Of a stretch of DNA of 64,000 nucleotides, positions 45,524 through 54,270 are shown one piece after another. The translations under genes and the position numbers were made by a program. Each line of letters opens with the position of its first letter. The stretch's first letter is position 1. The notes beneath the pieces were generated by a model that ran no database searches, had not been told where the DNA came from, and saw nothing but the letters and a program-made list of their open reading frames with translations. Origin of the DNA: an uncultured Ilumatobacteraceae bacterium. Lineage in GTDB: Bacteria; Actinomycetota; Acidimicrobiia; Acidimicrobiales; Ilumatobacteraceae. The stretch lies in the NCBI GenBank assembly GCA_964565705.1, contig CAZMGD010000003.1, forward strand, positions 12,799 through 76,798, read 5' to 3'.

Positions 45524-46585
45524 ATGACGATCCGCGTCGCGCTCTGGACGACGGGCAACATCGCCAAGTTCGCCGGCCGGGCGATCCTCGACCACCCCGA
45601 CCTCGAGCTCGTCGGCGCCTACTCGTGGAGCGAGTCGAAGGCCGGCACCAATGTCGGGACGTTGATCGGCGTCGACCCGATCGGCATCGTGTCGACGCAC
45701 GACATCGACGAGCTGATCGCTGCCGGGCCCGACGTCGTCGGGTACTACCCGATCATGAACCCCGACGAGGTGCCCGGCCACGTCGACAACGTCTGCCGGC
45801 TGCTGGAGGCGGGCATCGACGTGGTCAGCTCGGCCAACATCGTGACCGGGCGATGGTGGAACGCCGAGGACCGGTTCAACGAGGCTGGGGCACGGGGCAA
45901 CGCCTCGGTGTTCGGCAGCGGCGTGAACCCCGGCTACGTGAACCAGTTGCTGCTCACCGCGTCCGGCGCGTGCAGCACCGTGAGCAAGCTGTCGGTCTGG
46001 GAGGAAGCGGAGTGCTCCGGCTACGCGTCACCAGAGCTCTGGGAGACGGTCGCGTTCGGGCACCCGCCGGACGAACCCGGCATCGAGGAGCACTTCCGGC
46101 GCGGCATCTCGGTGTTCGAGGACACTGTGGCGATGATGGCCGACGCCCTGGAGGTCGAGCTCGACGAGATCGCCTACGTGCCCGAGGTCGCGATCGCGAC
46201 CAGGGACCTCGACCTCGGTTGGATGCTGATCCCGGAGGGCACCGTCGCCGGGCTCAAGAACCGCTGGGTCGGGCGCGTCGGCGGCAGCGACGTGATCGAG
46301 CTCGGCACCGTCTGGAAGATGACCGAGGACGTCGAGCCGAACTGGGAGATCCGCCACGGCTGGCACCTCCAGGTGGACGGCACGCCGACCGTGAAGATGC
46401 ACGTCGCCGGCTGGCCGGCTGCTGGCTCCACCGCCGACTCCGAGGCGCTGATGAGCATCGCCATGATCATGACCGCGATGCCGACCGTGCACGCCATCCC
46501 CCACGTCGTGCGCGCCCGGCCGGGCGTGGTCACCTACAAAGACCTGCCGCTCGTCACCGCGGCCGGCTGCGTGCGCCCGAGGTAG
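45524..46585 (+). CDS. NAD(P)-binding DapB-like (dihydrodipicolinate reductase N-domain family) oxidoreductase
   Basis: IRVALWTTGNIAKFAGRAIL.HPDLELVGA and ICRLLEAGIDVVSSAN. AAGGAG RBS. Confidence 0.55.
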   Translation: MTIRVALWTTGNIAKFAGRAILDHPDLELVGAYSWSESKAGTNVGTLIGVDPIGIVSTHDIDELIAAGPDVVGYYPIMNPDEVPGHVDNVCRLLEAGIDVVSSANIVTGRWWNAEDRFNEAGARGNASVFGSGVNPGYVNQLLLTASGACSTVSKLSVWEEAECSGYASPELWETVAFGHPPDEPGIEEHFRRGISVFEDTVAMMADALEVELDEIAYVPEVAIATRDLDLGWMLIPEGTVAGLKNRWVGRVGGSDVIELGTVWKMTEDVEPNWEIRHGWHLQVDGTPTVKMHVAGWPAAGSTADSEALMSIAMIMTAMPTVHAIPHVVRARPGVVTYKDLPLVTAAGCVRPR

Positions 46586-46626
46586 TCGCCGCGCGATCCA
46601 CACGCGGCGCGGTTTGGAGTCGAGCC

Positions 46627-47070
46627 ATGAGCACCGAACACATCGAATCGATCAAGCGGGTCAAGCAGCGCTACTTCGCGGCCGTCGACGCGAAGGACGC
46701 CGACGCATTGCGCGAGTGCTTCACGAGCGACGCGACGCTCGACTACGGACCCGGCAGCGCGCCGACGGTCGACGAGATGGTGGCCGACTACCCCCAGCTG
46801 CCACGAGAGGCAGACGGCAGCGTCTCCGTCCTCGATTCCCACCTCGGTGTACACGCCGAGATCGATCTGGTCAGCGACACCGAGGCGGTCGGCACCTGGG
46901 CGCTGCAGTTCCGGCGCGTCGATCGGACAGCCGGTACGGAGATGGTGTTGTACGGCGATTATCGCGACCAGTACGTCCTCGACGGCGACAGCTGGAAGAT
47001 CCGATCGTGCATCTTCCGGACGAGGTGGGGACGCATCGCACCCCTGCCACCCGGCACCATCTTCATCTGA
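46627..47070 (+). CDS. SnoaL-like / NTF2-fold protein
   Basis: Real start is MSTEHIESIK (ATG 46627, GGAG RBS). KQRYFAAVDAKDADALRECFTSDA is typical of the SnoaL_4/NTF2 family. Confidence 0.7.
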   Translation: MSTEHIESIKRVKQRYFAAVDAKDADALRECFTSDATLDYGPGSAPTVDEMVADYPQLPREADGSVSVLDSHLGVHAEIDLVSDTEAVGTWALQFRRVDRTAGTEMVLYGDYRDQYVLDGDSWKIRSCIFRTRWGRIAPLPPGTIFI

Positions 47071-47124
47071 CCGGTCGCGCCTCGACGCCGTGTCGCGGCG
47101 CTCGGCCGCCGCCAGAATGGTGTC

Positions 47125-47535
47125 ATGCCGGTCGCGTTCAACCACACGATCGTTCACGCCCGCGACGCGATGGAGTCCGCCACGTTCTTCAGCGAGATGC
47201 TGGGTCTCGACGCACCACGTCGCTTCGGCCCGTTCCTCGCCGTCGCCGTCGAGCACGGTGCGACGTTCGACTTCGCCCAGGTCGCAGACGGGGAGACCGT
47301 CCACCCCCAGCACTACGCGTTCCTCGTGACGGAGGACGACTTCGACAGCATCTACCGCCGAATCGTCGAGCGCGGGATCGAGCACTACCCCGAGCCGCAC
47401 TTCGGGCGGACGAACGAGATCAACCACAACGACGGCGGCCGCGGCGTCTACTGGTGTGACCCGAGCGGGCACTTCCTCGAGATCCTGACCGTGCCGTATG
47501 GGGGATGGCCACCGGGGTCGAGCCGCACGCCCTGA
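47125..47535 (+). CDS. VOC (glyoxalase/bleomycin-resistance/dioxygenase) family protein
   Basis: 136 aa with FNHTIVHARD, HYAFLV and DPSGHFLEI. Confidence 0.8.
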   Translation: MPVAFNHTIVHARDAMESATFFSEMLGLDAPRRFGPFLAVAVEHGATFDFAQVADGETVHPQHYAFLVTEDDFDSIYRRIVERGIEHYPEPHFGRTNEINHNDGGRGVYWCDPSGHFLEILTVPYGGWPPGSSRTP

Positions 47536-47541
47536 CCGCCG

Positions 47542-48699
47542 TCAGCGCGCGTGGCGGAGGATCTGGTTGACCCGCGCGGCCTGTCTCGTCTGGTGGTCGC
47601 GTTCTGCGAGGTTCGGGGCGTTGCGGGCTGCCTCTGCGTAGAGACGGGCAGCGCGCTCGAGATCACCGTTGCGCTCGTGGAGGTACGCGGCGACCGCTTC
47701 GCGGCGCGGGATGTGTTCGGCGACCTCGGCAAGCGCGGCCAACCCCGCGGGCGCGCCGTCTGCCTCGCCGATCGCGACCGCACGGTTGAGCCGCACGATC
47801 GGGGTGTCGGCGAACCGGAGCAGCTCGTCGTACCACTCCACGATCTGCACCCAGTCGGTCTCCTCGAAGCGCGACGCGTCGGCATGGAGCGCAGCGATCG
47901 CCGCTTGCGACTGGTACTCGCCGAGCTGATCGCGGGCCAGGGCGGCCTGGATGATGGCGATCCCCTCGGCGATCAGCTCGGTGTCCCACCGCGTGCGGTC
48001 CTGTTCGGCGAGCGGCACGATCCTTCCGTCCAGTCCGGTGCGGCTGCGCCGCCGCGAGTGGTGCAGCAGCATCAGCGCCAGCAGCCCCTCGACCTCGGGG
48101 AGGTCGGCCAGTGCCCGGAGCTGGCGGGTGAGCCGGATCGCCTCGGCCGCGAGATCGACGTCGCCCGAGTAGCCCTCGTTGAAGACCAGGTAGAGCACGC
48201 GCATCACCGTGCGCGGGTCGCCAGGTTGTCCGAGACCGACGTTGCCGAGCGTGCGCTTCGCCCGGCTGATGCGCTGGGCCATGGTGCGCTCGGGCACCAG
48301 GTAGGCCTGGGCGATCTGACGGGTCGTGAGCCCGCCCACCGCCCGCAACGTCAGCGCGACCGCCGACGAAGGAGTCAGATCGGGATGGGCGCAGAGGAAG
48401 TAGAGGTCCAAGGTGTCGTCCCCGCCGACCGCCGCACCCGTCGGCGGCTCGGTGTCGACGCGGACCTCGCGAGCCCGGCGAGCGGAGCCGGACCGCGCCA
48501 TGTCGATGAAGGAGCGCCAGGCGACGGTGACGAGCCATGCCTGAGGGTCGAGCGGGGGCCCGGTCTGCCAGGTCGAGAGCGCACGGATGAGCGCCTCCTG
48601 GACGGCGTCCTCGGCCGTCGCGAAGTCCGCACCGCGACGGACGAGGACGCTCAGCACCCGCGGGACGAGCTCGCGCAGCTCGGCCTCGTCCACGCTCAC
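47542..48699 (-). CDS. ECF sigma factor with long C-terminal TPR-like extension (ECF42-type)
   Basis: GTG 48699 overlaps the DGPF-gene stop (GTGA), giving 385 aa. Region 2 (EDAVQEALIRAL...WLVTVAWRSFIDMAR), region 4 (GGLTTRQIAQAYLVPERTMAQRISRAK) and ~200 aa of helical repeats are present. Confidence 0.8.
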   Translation of the reverse strand: MSVDEAELRELVPRVLSVLVRRGADFATAEDAVQEALIRALSTWQTGPPLDPQAWLVTVAWRSFIDMARSGSARRAREVRVDTEPPTGAAVGGDDTLDLYFLCAHPDLTPSSAVALTLRAVGGLTTRQIAQAYLVPERTMAQRISRAKRTLGNVGLGQPGDPRTVMRVLYLVFNEGYSGDVDLAAEAIRLTRQLRALADLPEVEGLLALMLLHHSRRRSRTGLDGRIVPLAEQDRTRWDTELIAEGIAIIQAALARDQLGEYQSQAAIAALHADASRFEETDWVQIVEWYDELLRFADTPIVRLNRAVAIGEADGAPAGLAALAEVAEHIPRREAVAAYLHERNGDLERAARLYAEAARNAPNLAERDHQTRQAARVNQILRHAR

Positions 48700-49103
48700 T
48701 CGGCCACGGTGGGCGGTGCCGTGAGGAACGGTCGGACCTCCAACCATTCGTGGATCGGCTTCCCACCGGCGCCCGGCGCTGCCGACAGCTCGCCAGCGAG
48801 CTCGATCGCTCGGTCGTGGCTGTCGACGTCGATGACCATCCATCCGGCAATGAGATCCTTGGTCTCGGCGAATGGTCCATCGGTCACCGGTGGCCGCCCC
48901 TCACCGTCGGAGCGGACCCACAGGCCGTCGGGCGACAGGGCCTGCCCGTCGACGAACTCGCCGGTGTCCTCGAGCCGGGCGGCGAAGTCGTTCATGTACC
49001 GGATGTGGGCCTCGACCTCCTCGGGCGTCCACTGATCCATCGGCACGTCGTTGTCCGGCGCCGGCGCGCCTCGGTAGTGCTTGAGCAACAGGTACTTGGC
49101 CAT
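48696..49103 (-). CDS. YCII-related DGPF-domain protein
   Basis: 135 aa. MAKYLLLKHY and the DGPF motif (PPVTDGPFAETKD). GAGGAG RBS. Confidence 0.85.
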   Translation of the reverse strand: MAKYLLLKHYRGAPAPDNDVPMDQWTPEEVEAHIRYMNDFAARLEDTGEFVDGQALSPDGLWVRSDGEGRPPVTDGPFAETKDLIAGWMVIDVDSHDRAIELAGELSAAPGAGGKPIHEWLEVRPFLTAPPTVAE

Positions 49104-49151
49104 CGTGTTCTCCTCGTGTGACGACGGCCCGCTGGCCGCGTCCACCCCTGG

Positions 49152-49178
49152 GACGGAGCAAGGTGTCCATTCTCGACA
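49152..49178 (-). promoter_or_regulatory. Candidate ECF-type promoter upstream of the DGPF-sigma operon (TGTCGA-N17-CGTC)
   Basis: The minus strand reads TGTCGAgaatggacaccttgctcCGTC, ending 49 nt before ATG 49103. It matches my recollection of the ECF42 target motif (unverified). Confidence 0.35.
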
Positions 49179-49204
49179 TCGTCCATCCTGGCAAGGGCAT
49201 CTCG

Positions 49205-49437
49205 ATGGGGTCGATTGCCGGCCCCGACAGGACGAGGCGTGTCGCGCTCGCCGGCCGAACCGTGTCGAACACGAGGGCGAGGCGAGTCGGCCTGTCTCGG
49301 ACGGCCTACCTCCGGCGGGCACTGAGCGCGAGCACGTCCTCGACGGGCATCCGGTGACGCTCGACCACCTCGCGCGGGCGGCCCACCTCGCTGCAGATCT
49401 CGACGACCCCGATGTGATGTCCGACGCCTGGTCGTGA
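49205..49437 (+). pseudogene. Frameshifted RHH-type antitoxin remnant (vapB-like)
   Basis: The N-part (...GLSRTAYLRRAL) is in one frame and the C-part (EREHVLDGHPVTLDHLARAAHL...) in another. The stop overlaps the GTG of the downstream PIN remnant (GTGA). Confidence 0.35.
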
Positions 49438-49671
49438 CGACCTGGCTCATCGACAAGTCGGCGATCGGGCGGCTTCAGGATCGAGGACCGCGCGCTCGAG
49501 GTCCAGTCAGCGCTCGCAGATCGTGGGCAGCACCGCGCCCCGTCGATTCCGGACCTGCCGATCGCCGCAACGGCCGAGCTTGCCAGGCTCACCGTCCTTC
49601 ACGTCGACAAGGACTTCGAGCTGATCGCGTCGCTCACCCAGCAGCCGGTCGAGCGCCCCGACGTCGCGTGA
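49434..49671 (+). pseudogene. PIN-domain toxin (vapC-like) remnant with internal deletion/frameshift
   Basis: N-terminus [15 protein letters not shown] is in frame 0. The C-terminus [52 protein letters not shown] is in frame +1, ending at TGA 49669-49671. Total ~79 codons versus ~130 expected. Confidence 0.55.
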
Positions 49672-49732
49672 CGACCCAGTCGGCGTTCAGCGAGGGTTGC
49701 CGGCAGTGGCATGTGGATGGCATGATCGTGGC

Positions 49733-49969
49733 ATGCCACGAACCCGACTGAGCACCACGGTCGACGGAGAACTTCTCGACCACGTTCGGCAGATGCGGGT
49801 CGGAGCCAGCGATGCCGAGCTCGTCGACGAGGCGTTGGCGGCGCTCCTCGCCCGGCATCGGGCTGCGGAGATCGACGCGTCATATGCGGCGACGTACGCC
49901 GCGCATCCCCTGGACGAGCCCGATGAGTGGGGCGATCTCGAGTCCTTCCGGGCCGCTGTCTCACGATGA
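49733..49969 (+). CDS. mazE: Type II antitoxin, MazE/RHH-like
   Basis: 78 aa starting [18 protein letters not shown], with an acidic C-terminus. The stop overlaps the toxin ATG (ATGA). Confidence 0.75.
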   Translation: MPRTRLSTTVDGELLDHVRQMRVGASDAELVDEALAALLARHRAAEIDASYAATYAAHPLDEPDEWGDLESFRAAVSR

Positions 49970-50292
49970 CCGACCTCCCTCGTCGTGGTGAGGTGTGGTG
50001 GTGTGAGCCGCCCGAGATCGGTCGACGTCCCATCGTGGTGCTCTCGCGGGATGCAGCCATTCCGCGGCTGCGCCGGGCGCTGATCGCTCCGTGCACGACG
50101 ACGATCCGCGGTCTGGCGAGCGAGGTGGTGTTGGAACCCGGGCAGGACCCGGTGCCCCGGAAGAGCGCCGTGAACCTCGACTCGGTGGAGTCGGTGTCGG
50201 TGGGGTTGCTCGTCGAGCGAATCGGTCGGGTCAGCGACACACGGATGGGGGAGATCTGCGCCGCGCTCGAGGTGGCGACCGACTGTCGGTGA
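49966..50292 (+). CDS. mazF: Type II toxin, PemK/MazF family endoribonuclease
   Basis: 108 aa with [24 protein letters not shown] and SAVNLDSV. Confidence 0.85.
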   Translation: MTDLPRRGEVWWCEPPEIGRRPIVVLSRDAAIPRLRRALIAPCTTTIRGLASEVVLEPGQDPVPRKSAVNLDSVESVSVGLLVERIGRVSDTRMGEICAALEVATDCR

Positions 50293-50335
50293 TGGTGCTG
50301 CCCCCGGGTGCCGTCTCGCCGATGCCCCGGGAACA

Positions 50336-51463
50336 TCACGGCGGCGCGCGGCCGTGGAGGAACTTGTCGCGGTTGTGGGAGGTGCACTGGAGGCGGCCGT
50401 TCTCGTAGGAGGTGGGCCCGCCGTCCTCGACGGGGATGATGTGGTCGACGTCGCAGTGGGCGATGGGCTCGTCGCATCCGGCGGGGTGGGTGCAGTGGCG
50501 GTCGCGGACCTGGATGGCTCGGCGGAGCCACCCGCGGAACGTGCGCTGATCCGACACACCGAGCAGGTGCTTCGCATCGTCGAACACGAAGCTCTGCACC
50601 TCGGTCGCGGAGAGGTGGGGCACGACCAGCCCGGGCGTGACGACCGTCCCCGACGACAACTGGCAGAGGCGGGCCACCGTCTCGGTGCCGGCCAGGATGC
50701 AGACCAGTGGCTCCGGGCGCCGACCGCTGGCGGGCGCGGTGTGGGCCCGCACCGCCATCTCGACGAGTGCTGCCGCCCGCCGAGCAACCTGGGAGCGCTT
50801 CACGCCGTCGCGCCGGTCGGCTCGGTACAGGTCGTGCTCGATGCGGCGCAGCGCTTCGCGGAACATCGCACCGCCGACGGGATCGAGCGCGCCACGGAGG
50901 TGCACCGTGCCCTCGAAGGTCTCGGTCGCGGTCAGCGATGTGGCATCGAGCAGGTCGCGCCCTGCACGTTCGCAGCCGTCGGGATCGACTCGGTGGCACC
51001 AGTACTGCACGATCTGCTTGACCTCGGCGAAGCGCATCGTCCTGCACTGGGTGAGCATCCAGTCCTCGTCACCGGCGAACGCCGACGAGCGCACCTCGTT
51101 GCTGTTCGCCTTCGCCAGCAGGTCGACGTGCGCGCCGGAGATCGCCCCGTGTTGCAAAGCGTCGAGCGTCGCCGGCATCGTCCGCAGCGCCTTGGCCCGG
51201 CGCACGAAGGTGCGTGCCTCGTTCGCCGAGAGGTTGCCGTCGCGAGACAGTCGCGCCCAGGCCGCCCTCGATCCGTCCGACCGCCAGATGCTCTTCTGCT
51301 CCCAGACCCCGACGGCGCGCACGATCGCTGCCAGCAAGCGGCTGCTTCCACGGGCGAGGCCGATCGCGATCTCGTTCAGTTCGATATCGGACACGTCGTC
51401 GAGGTCGATCGCTTGCAGCTCGTCGAGCGTCTCGGCGAGGTGTTCGAGCGCTGCCACTCCCAT
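50336..51463 (-). CDS. DUF222 + HNH endonuclease domain protein (REP13E12-like family)
   Basis: 375 aa with the N-terminal DUF222 pattern and a C-terminal HNH (RDRHCTHPGCDEP...CDVDHIIP...NGRLQCTSHN). Confidence 0.85.
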   Translation of the reverse strand: MGVAALEHLAETLDELQAIDLDDVSDIELNEIAIGLARGSSRLLAAIVRAVGVWEQKSIWRSDGSRAAWARLSRDGNLSANEARTFVRRAKALRTMPATLDALQHGAISGAHVDLLAKANSNEVRSSAFAGDEDWMLTQCRTMRFAEVKQIVQYWCHRVDPDGCERAGRDLLDATSLTATETFEGTVHLRGALDPVGGAMFREALRRIEHDLYRADRRDGVKRSQVARRAAALVEMAVRAHTAPASGRRPEPLVCILAGTETVARLCQLSSGTVVTPGLVVPHLSATEVQSFVFDDAKHLLGVSDQRTFRGWLRRAIQVRDRHCTHPAGCDEPIAHCDVDHIIPVEDGGPTSYENGRLQCTSHNRDKFLHGRAPP

Positions 51464-51476
51464 GGCGCAACGCTAG

Positions 51477-51491
51477 CGAACAGGTGTTCGA
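51477..51491. promoter_or_regulatory. LexA SOS box (CGAAC-AGGT-GTTCGA)
   Basis: Matches the actinobacterial consensus TCGAAC-N4-GTTCGA at 11 of 12 specified positions. Lies 14-28 nt upstream of HNH gene start 51463. Confidence 0.6.
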
Positions 51492-51543
51492 TCGACAACC
51501 TTCGTACCGAGATCCCTCGGGTTCTGGGCCGTCTGTACGGCCG

Positions 51544-51987
51544 TCAGGGAGTCGGGCCGAGGGCGGCGAGTGCCTCCTCTTGCCGATCGCTCCACGAGAG
51601 CGTGTCGACCATGTGCGCGCTGCGCCATCCGTCGACCGTCCGCACCATCCGATGCGTGTACCACCCTCCGCAGAAGAACTGCGCGCCCGTGACCGTGCGC
51701 ATCTGGCAGAAGTAGCCGGCGCGCAACGACGCCTCGTCGCCGTCGAGGCCGATCTCGATGTTCGACACGAGGTGCTGCGAGTCCGGGAACGCGGGCATCG
51801 TCGCTGCGACCCACGCGAGCACCTCGTCCAGCGCTGCGGCCGGACCGCCGACCGAGGTGTAGTCGATCGTCGCCTCGGGCGTGAACACCGTCCGCAGCAG
51901 CGGCCAGTCCTGCGCGTCCATCGCCCGCGCGTACCGGTGCAACACGGCGTGGATCTCGAAGTGATCGGAGATCGTGTGCAGGTCCAT
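51544..51987 (-). CDS. SnoaL-like / NTF2-fold protein
   Basis: Real start is MDLHTISDHFEIH (ATG 51987, 147 aa), overlapping the upstream stop by 1 nt. HRYARAMDAQDW is typical of SnoaL_4. Confidence 0.72.
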   Translation of the reverse strand: MDLHTISDHFEIHAVLHRYARAMDAQDWPLLRTVFTPEATIDYTSVGGPAAALDEVLAWVAATMPAFPDSQHLVSNIEIGLDGDEASLRAGYFCQMRTVTGAQFFCGGWYTHRMVRTVDGWRSAHMVDTLSWSDRQEEALAALGPTP

Positions 51988-54266
51988 CACGCGCTGCCCT
52001 GGATCGCGCGCCAGACGCGCTCGGGGGTGGCGGGCATCTCGATGTGGCGCACGCCGAGGTGGGAGAGCGCGTCGACGACCGCGCTCTGCACGGCCGGCGT
52101 CGAGCCGGTCGTGCCGGACTCGCCGATGCCCTTCGCGCCGAGCGGGTTGACGGGGGTCGGCGTCTCGTGCTCCACCAGCTCGAACATCGGGAGCTCGGCG
52201 GCCGAGATGAACGCGTAGTCGGCGAGGTTCGCCGTGCGCGGGTTGCCGTCCTCGTCGTAGGCCACCTGTTCGAGCAGCGCCTGGGCGACGCCCTGGGCGA
52301 TGCCGCCGTGCAGCTGGCCGTCGGTCAGCAACGGGTTGAGGATGGTGCCGGCGTCGTCGCAGGCGACGAGGCGGATGAGGCGCACGTCGCCGGTCTCGGT
52401 GTCGACCTCCACCACTGCGACGTGGGTGCCAAACGGATACGTCGCGTTGCTGGCCACGAAGCGCGACGAGACGTCCAGCTCGACCGAACGCTCCTTCGCG
52501 TGGGCGGCGACCTCGGCCCACGACAGCGCGACCGCCGGCGTGCCGGCCACGTGGAGGCAACCCTCGCCGACGACGATGTCGGCAGGATCGGCCTCGAGCA
52601 CCTCGCCGGCCAACGACCGGGCGAGCGTGAGCAGCTCGCCGCTGGCCTGCTGGACCGCGGCGCCACCCTGTTGCAGACCGCGCGAACCGTACGTTCCACC
52701 GCCGGCCGGGATCAGGTCGGTGTCGCCGTGCAGCACCGTGACATCGGCCATCGCAACGCCGAGCACCTCGGCGACGAGCATCGAGAACGCGGTGTCGTGG
52801 CCCTGACCGTGCGGCGACGTGCCGGCGTACACGGTCACGCGCCCGTCGACGTCGACGGCGAGGCGTGCACCCTCGCTCTTCTCGCCAGCGGTGGCCGAGT
52901 TGCCGGTGACCTCCACGTAGCAGCTGACGCCGATGCCGATCTGCACGACGTCGCCGCGCTCGCGCCGTGCTTGCTGCTCGGCCCGCAGCGCCGCGTAGTC
53001 GGCGCGCTCGAGCGCCGCGTCGAGTGCCGACTCGTACGCCCCGCAGTCGTACACGGCGCCGACGGCCGTCGGCCGGTCCGAGGAGAACGGGGGGATCAGG
53101 TTGCGGCGGCGCACGTGCACCGGATCGAGACCGATCTCGGCGGCGAACAGGTCCATCGCCCGCTCGATCGCCGCGGCGGCCTCTGGTCGCCCCGAGCCGC
53201 GGTACGCGGCGACCGGTGTGGTGTTGGTGACCACCGACCGGGCCGTGCACTCGACTCGCTCGATGTCGTACACGCCGCTCGTCATCGGCCTGGTCAGCAT
53301 CACGGGGATCAGGGCGCCGAACGCGGGCACGGCACCGGCGTCCTGGGTGATGTCGAGCCGGTAGGCCTCGACCCGACCTCCACGCGTCCCCCCGATCGTG
53401 ATCCGGTGCAGCTGTCCACGCCCGTGGAACAACCCGACCATGCTCTCCGTGCGCGTCTCCGTCCACCGCAGCGGCCGGCCGATCGCCGCCGACAGGCCGC
53501 CGAGCATCAGCTCCTCGGGGTGCATCCCCGACTTCGGACCGAACCCGCCGCCCATGTCGGGCACGATCACGTGCACCCGTTCCTCGCCGCCGTAGATCTG
53601 GGCCAGCACGTCGCGCAGCATGTGCGGCACCTGCGACGTCGCCCACTGGTGCAGCCTGCCGTCGGGCCCCCACGCGCACGCCGCCGAGCGGACCTCCAGT
53701 GGGCACGGCGCGAGGCGCTGGTTCAGGAACGTCGCCTCGACCACGACCTCGCAGCCGTCGAACAGATCGTCGGAGGGCGGGGGGACGCCCATCCACGAGC
53801 CGTCCATCACGAGGTTGGTGCCGAGTTCGGGATACAGCAGCACCTCGCCGGTGAGGGCCGCCTCGATGCCGACCACGGCCGGCAACACGTCGATGTCGGC
53901 GACCACGGCCTCGGCCGCGTCCGCGGCCTGCGCCGCTGTCTCGGCGACGATCGCGGCGATCGGCTCACCGACGAAGCGGACCCGCCCCGAGGCGAGCGGC
54001 GTCGTGGCGATGCCGGGGTTGAACGGGTTGGGCTGCGGCTCCAGGCCGAGGTCGGCCGCGGTGACGACCGCGAGCACGCCGGGCATCGCCCGCGCGTCGC
54101 TGGCGTCGATCGAGCGGATGTCGCCGTGGGCGACCTGCGAGCGGGCGTAGGCGACGAACGCTGCCCCGTCCAGCAACGGATCGCACACGTCGGCGACGTA
54201 CGTGCCACCGGCCGTCAGCAGCCGCGGATCCTCGACCCGCCGGACCCGGTTCCCGAGGATGCTCAT
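51987..54266 (-). CDS. Xanthine dehydrogenase / aldehyde oxidase family molybdopterin-binding large subunit
   Basis: 759 aa with RVEDPRLLTG-like N-terminus, GGGFG, YRGSGRPE and KGIGESGT. Confidence 0.88.
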   Translation of the reverse strand: MSILGNRVRRVEDPRLLTAGGTYVADVCDPLLDGAAFVAYARSQVAHGDIRSIDASDARAMPGVLAVVTAADLGLEPQPNPFNPGIATTPLASGRVRFVGEPIAAIVAETAAQAADAAEAVVADIDVLPAVVGIEAALTGEVLLYPELGTNLVMDGSWMGVPPPSDDLFDGCEVVVEATFLNQRLAPCPLEVRSAACAWGPDGRLHQWATSQVPHMLRDVLAQIYGGEERVHVIVPDMGGGFGPKSGMHPEELMLGGLSAAIGRPLRWTETRTESMVGLFHGRGQLHRITIGGTRGGRVEAYRLDITQDAGAVPAFGALIPVMLTRPMTSGVYDIERVECTARSVVTNTTPVAAYRGSGRPEAAAAIERAMDLFAAEIGLDPVHVRRRNLIPPFSSDRPTAVGAVYDCGAYESALDAALERADYAALRAEQQARRERGDVVQIGIGVSCYVEVTGNSATAGEKSEGARLAVDVDGRVTVYAGTSPHGQGHDTAFSMLVAEVLGVAMADVTVLHGDTDLIPAGGGTYGSRGLQQGGAAVQQASGELLTLARSLAGEVLEADPADIVVGEGCLHVAGTPAVALSWAEVAAHAKERSVELDVSSRFVASNATYPFGTHVAVVEVDTETGDVRLIRLVACDDAGTILNPLLTDGQLHGGIAQGVAQALLEQVAYDEDGNPRTANLADYAFISAAELPMFELVEHETPTPVNPLGAKGIGESGTTGSTPAVQSAVVDALSHLGVRHIEMPATPERVWRAIQGSA

Positions 54267-54270
54267 CGGC

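Noticed and set aside
49118-49357. 79-aa ORF as an intact gene between the DGPF gene and the TA loci.
   Set aside because: Only its C-terminal third resembles an RHH antitoxin, and the matching C-terminal half continues in another frame. It is interpreted as part of a frameshifted vapB-like remnant.
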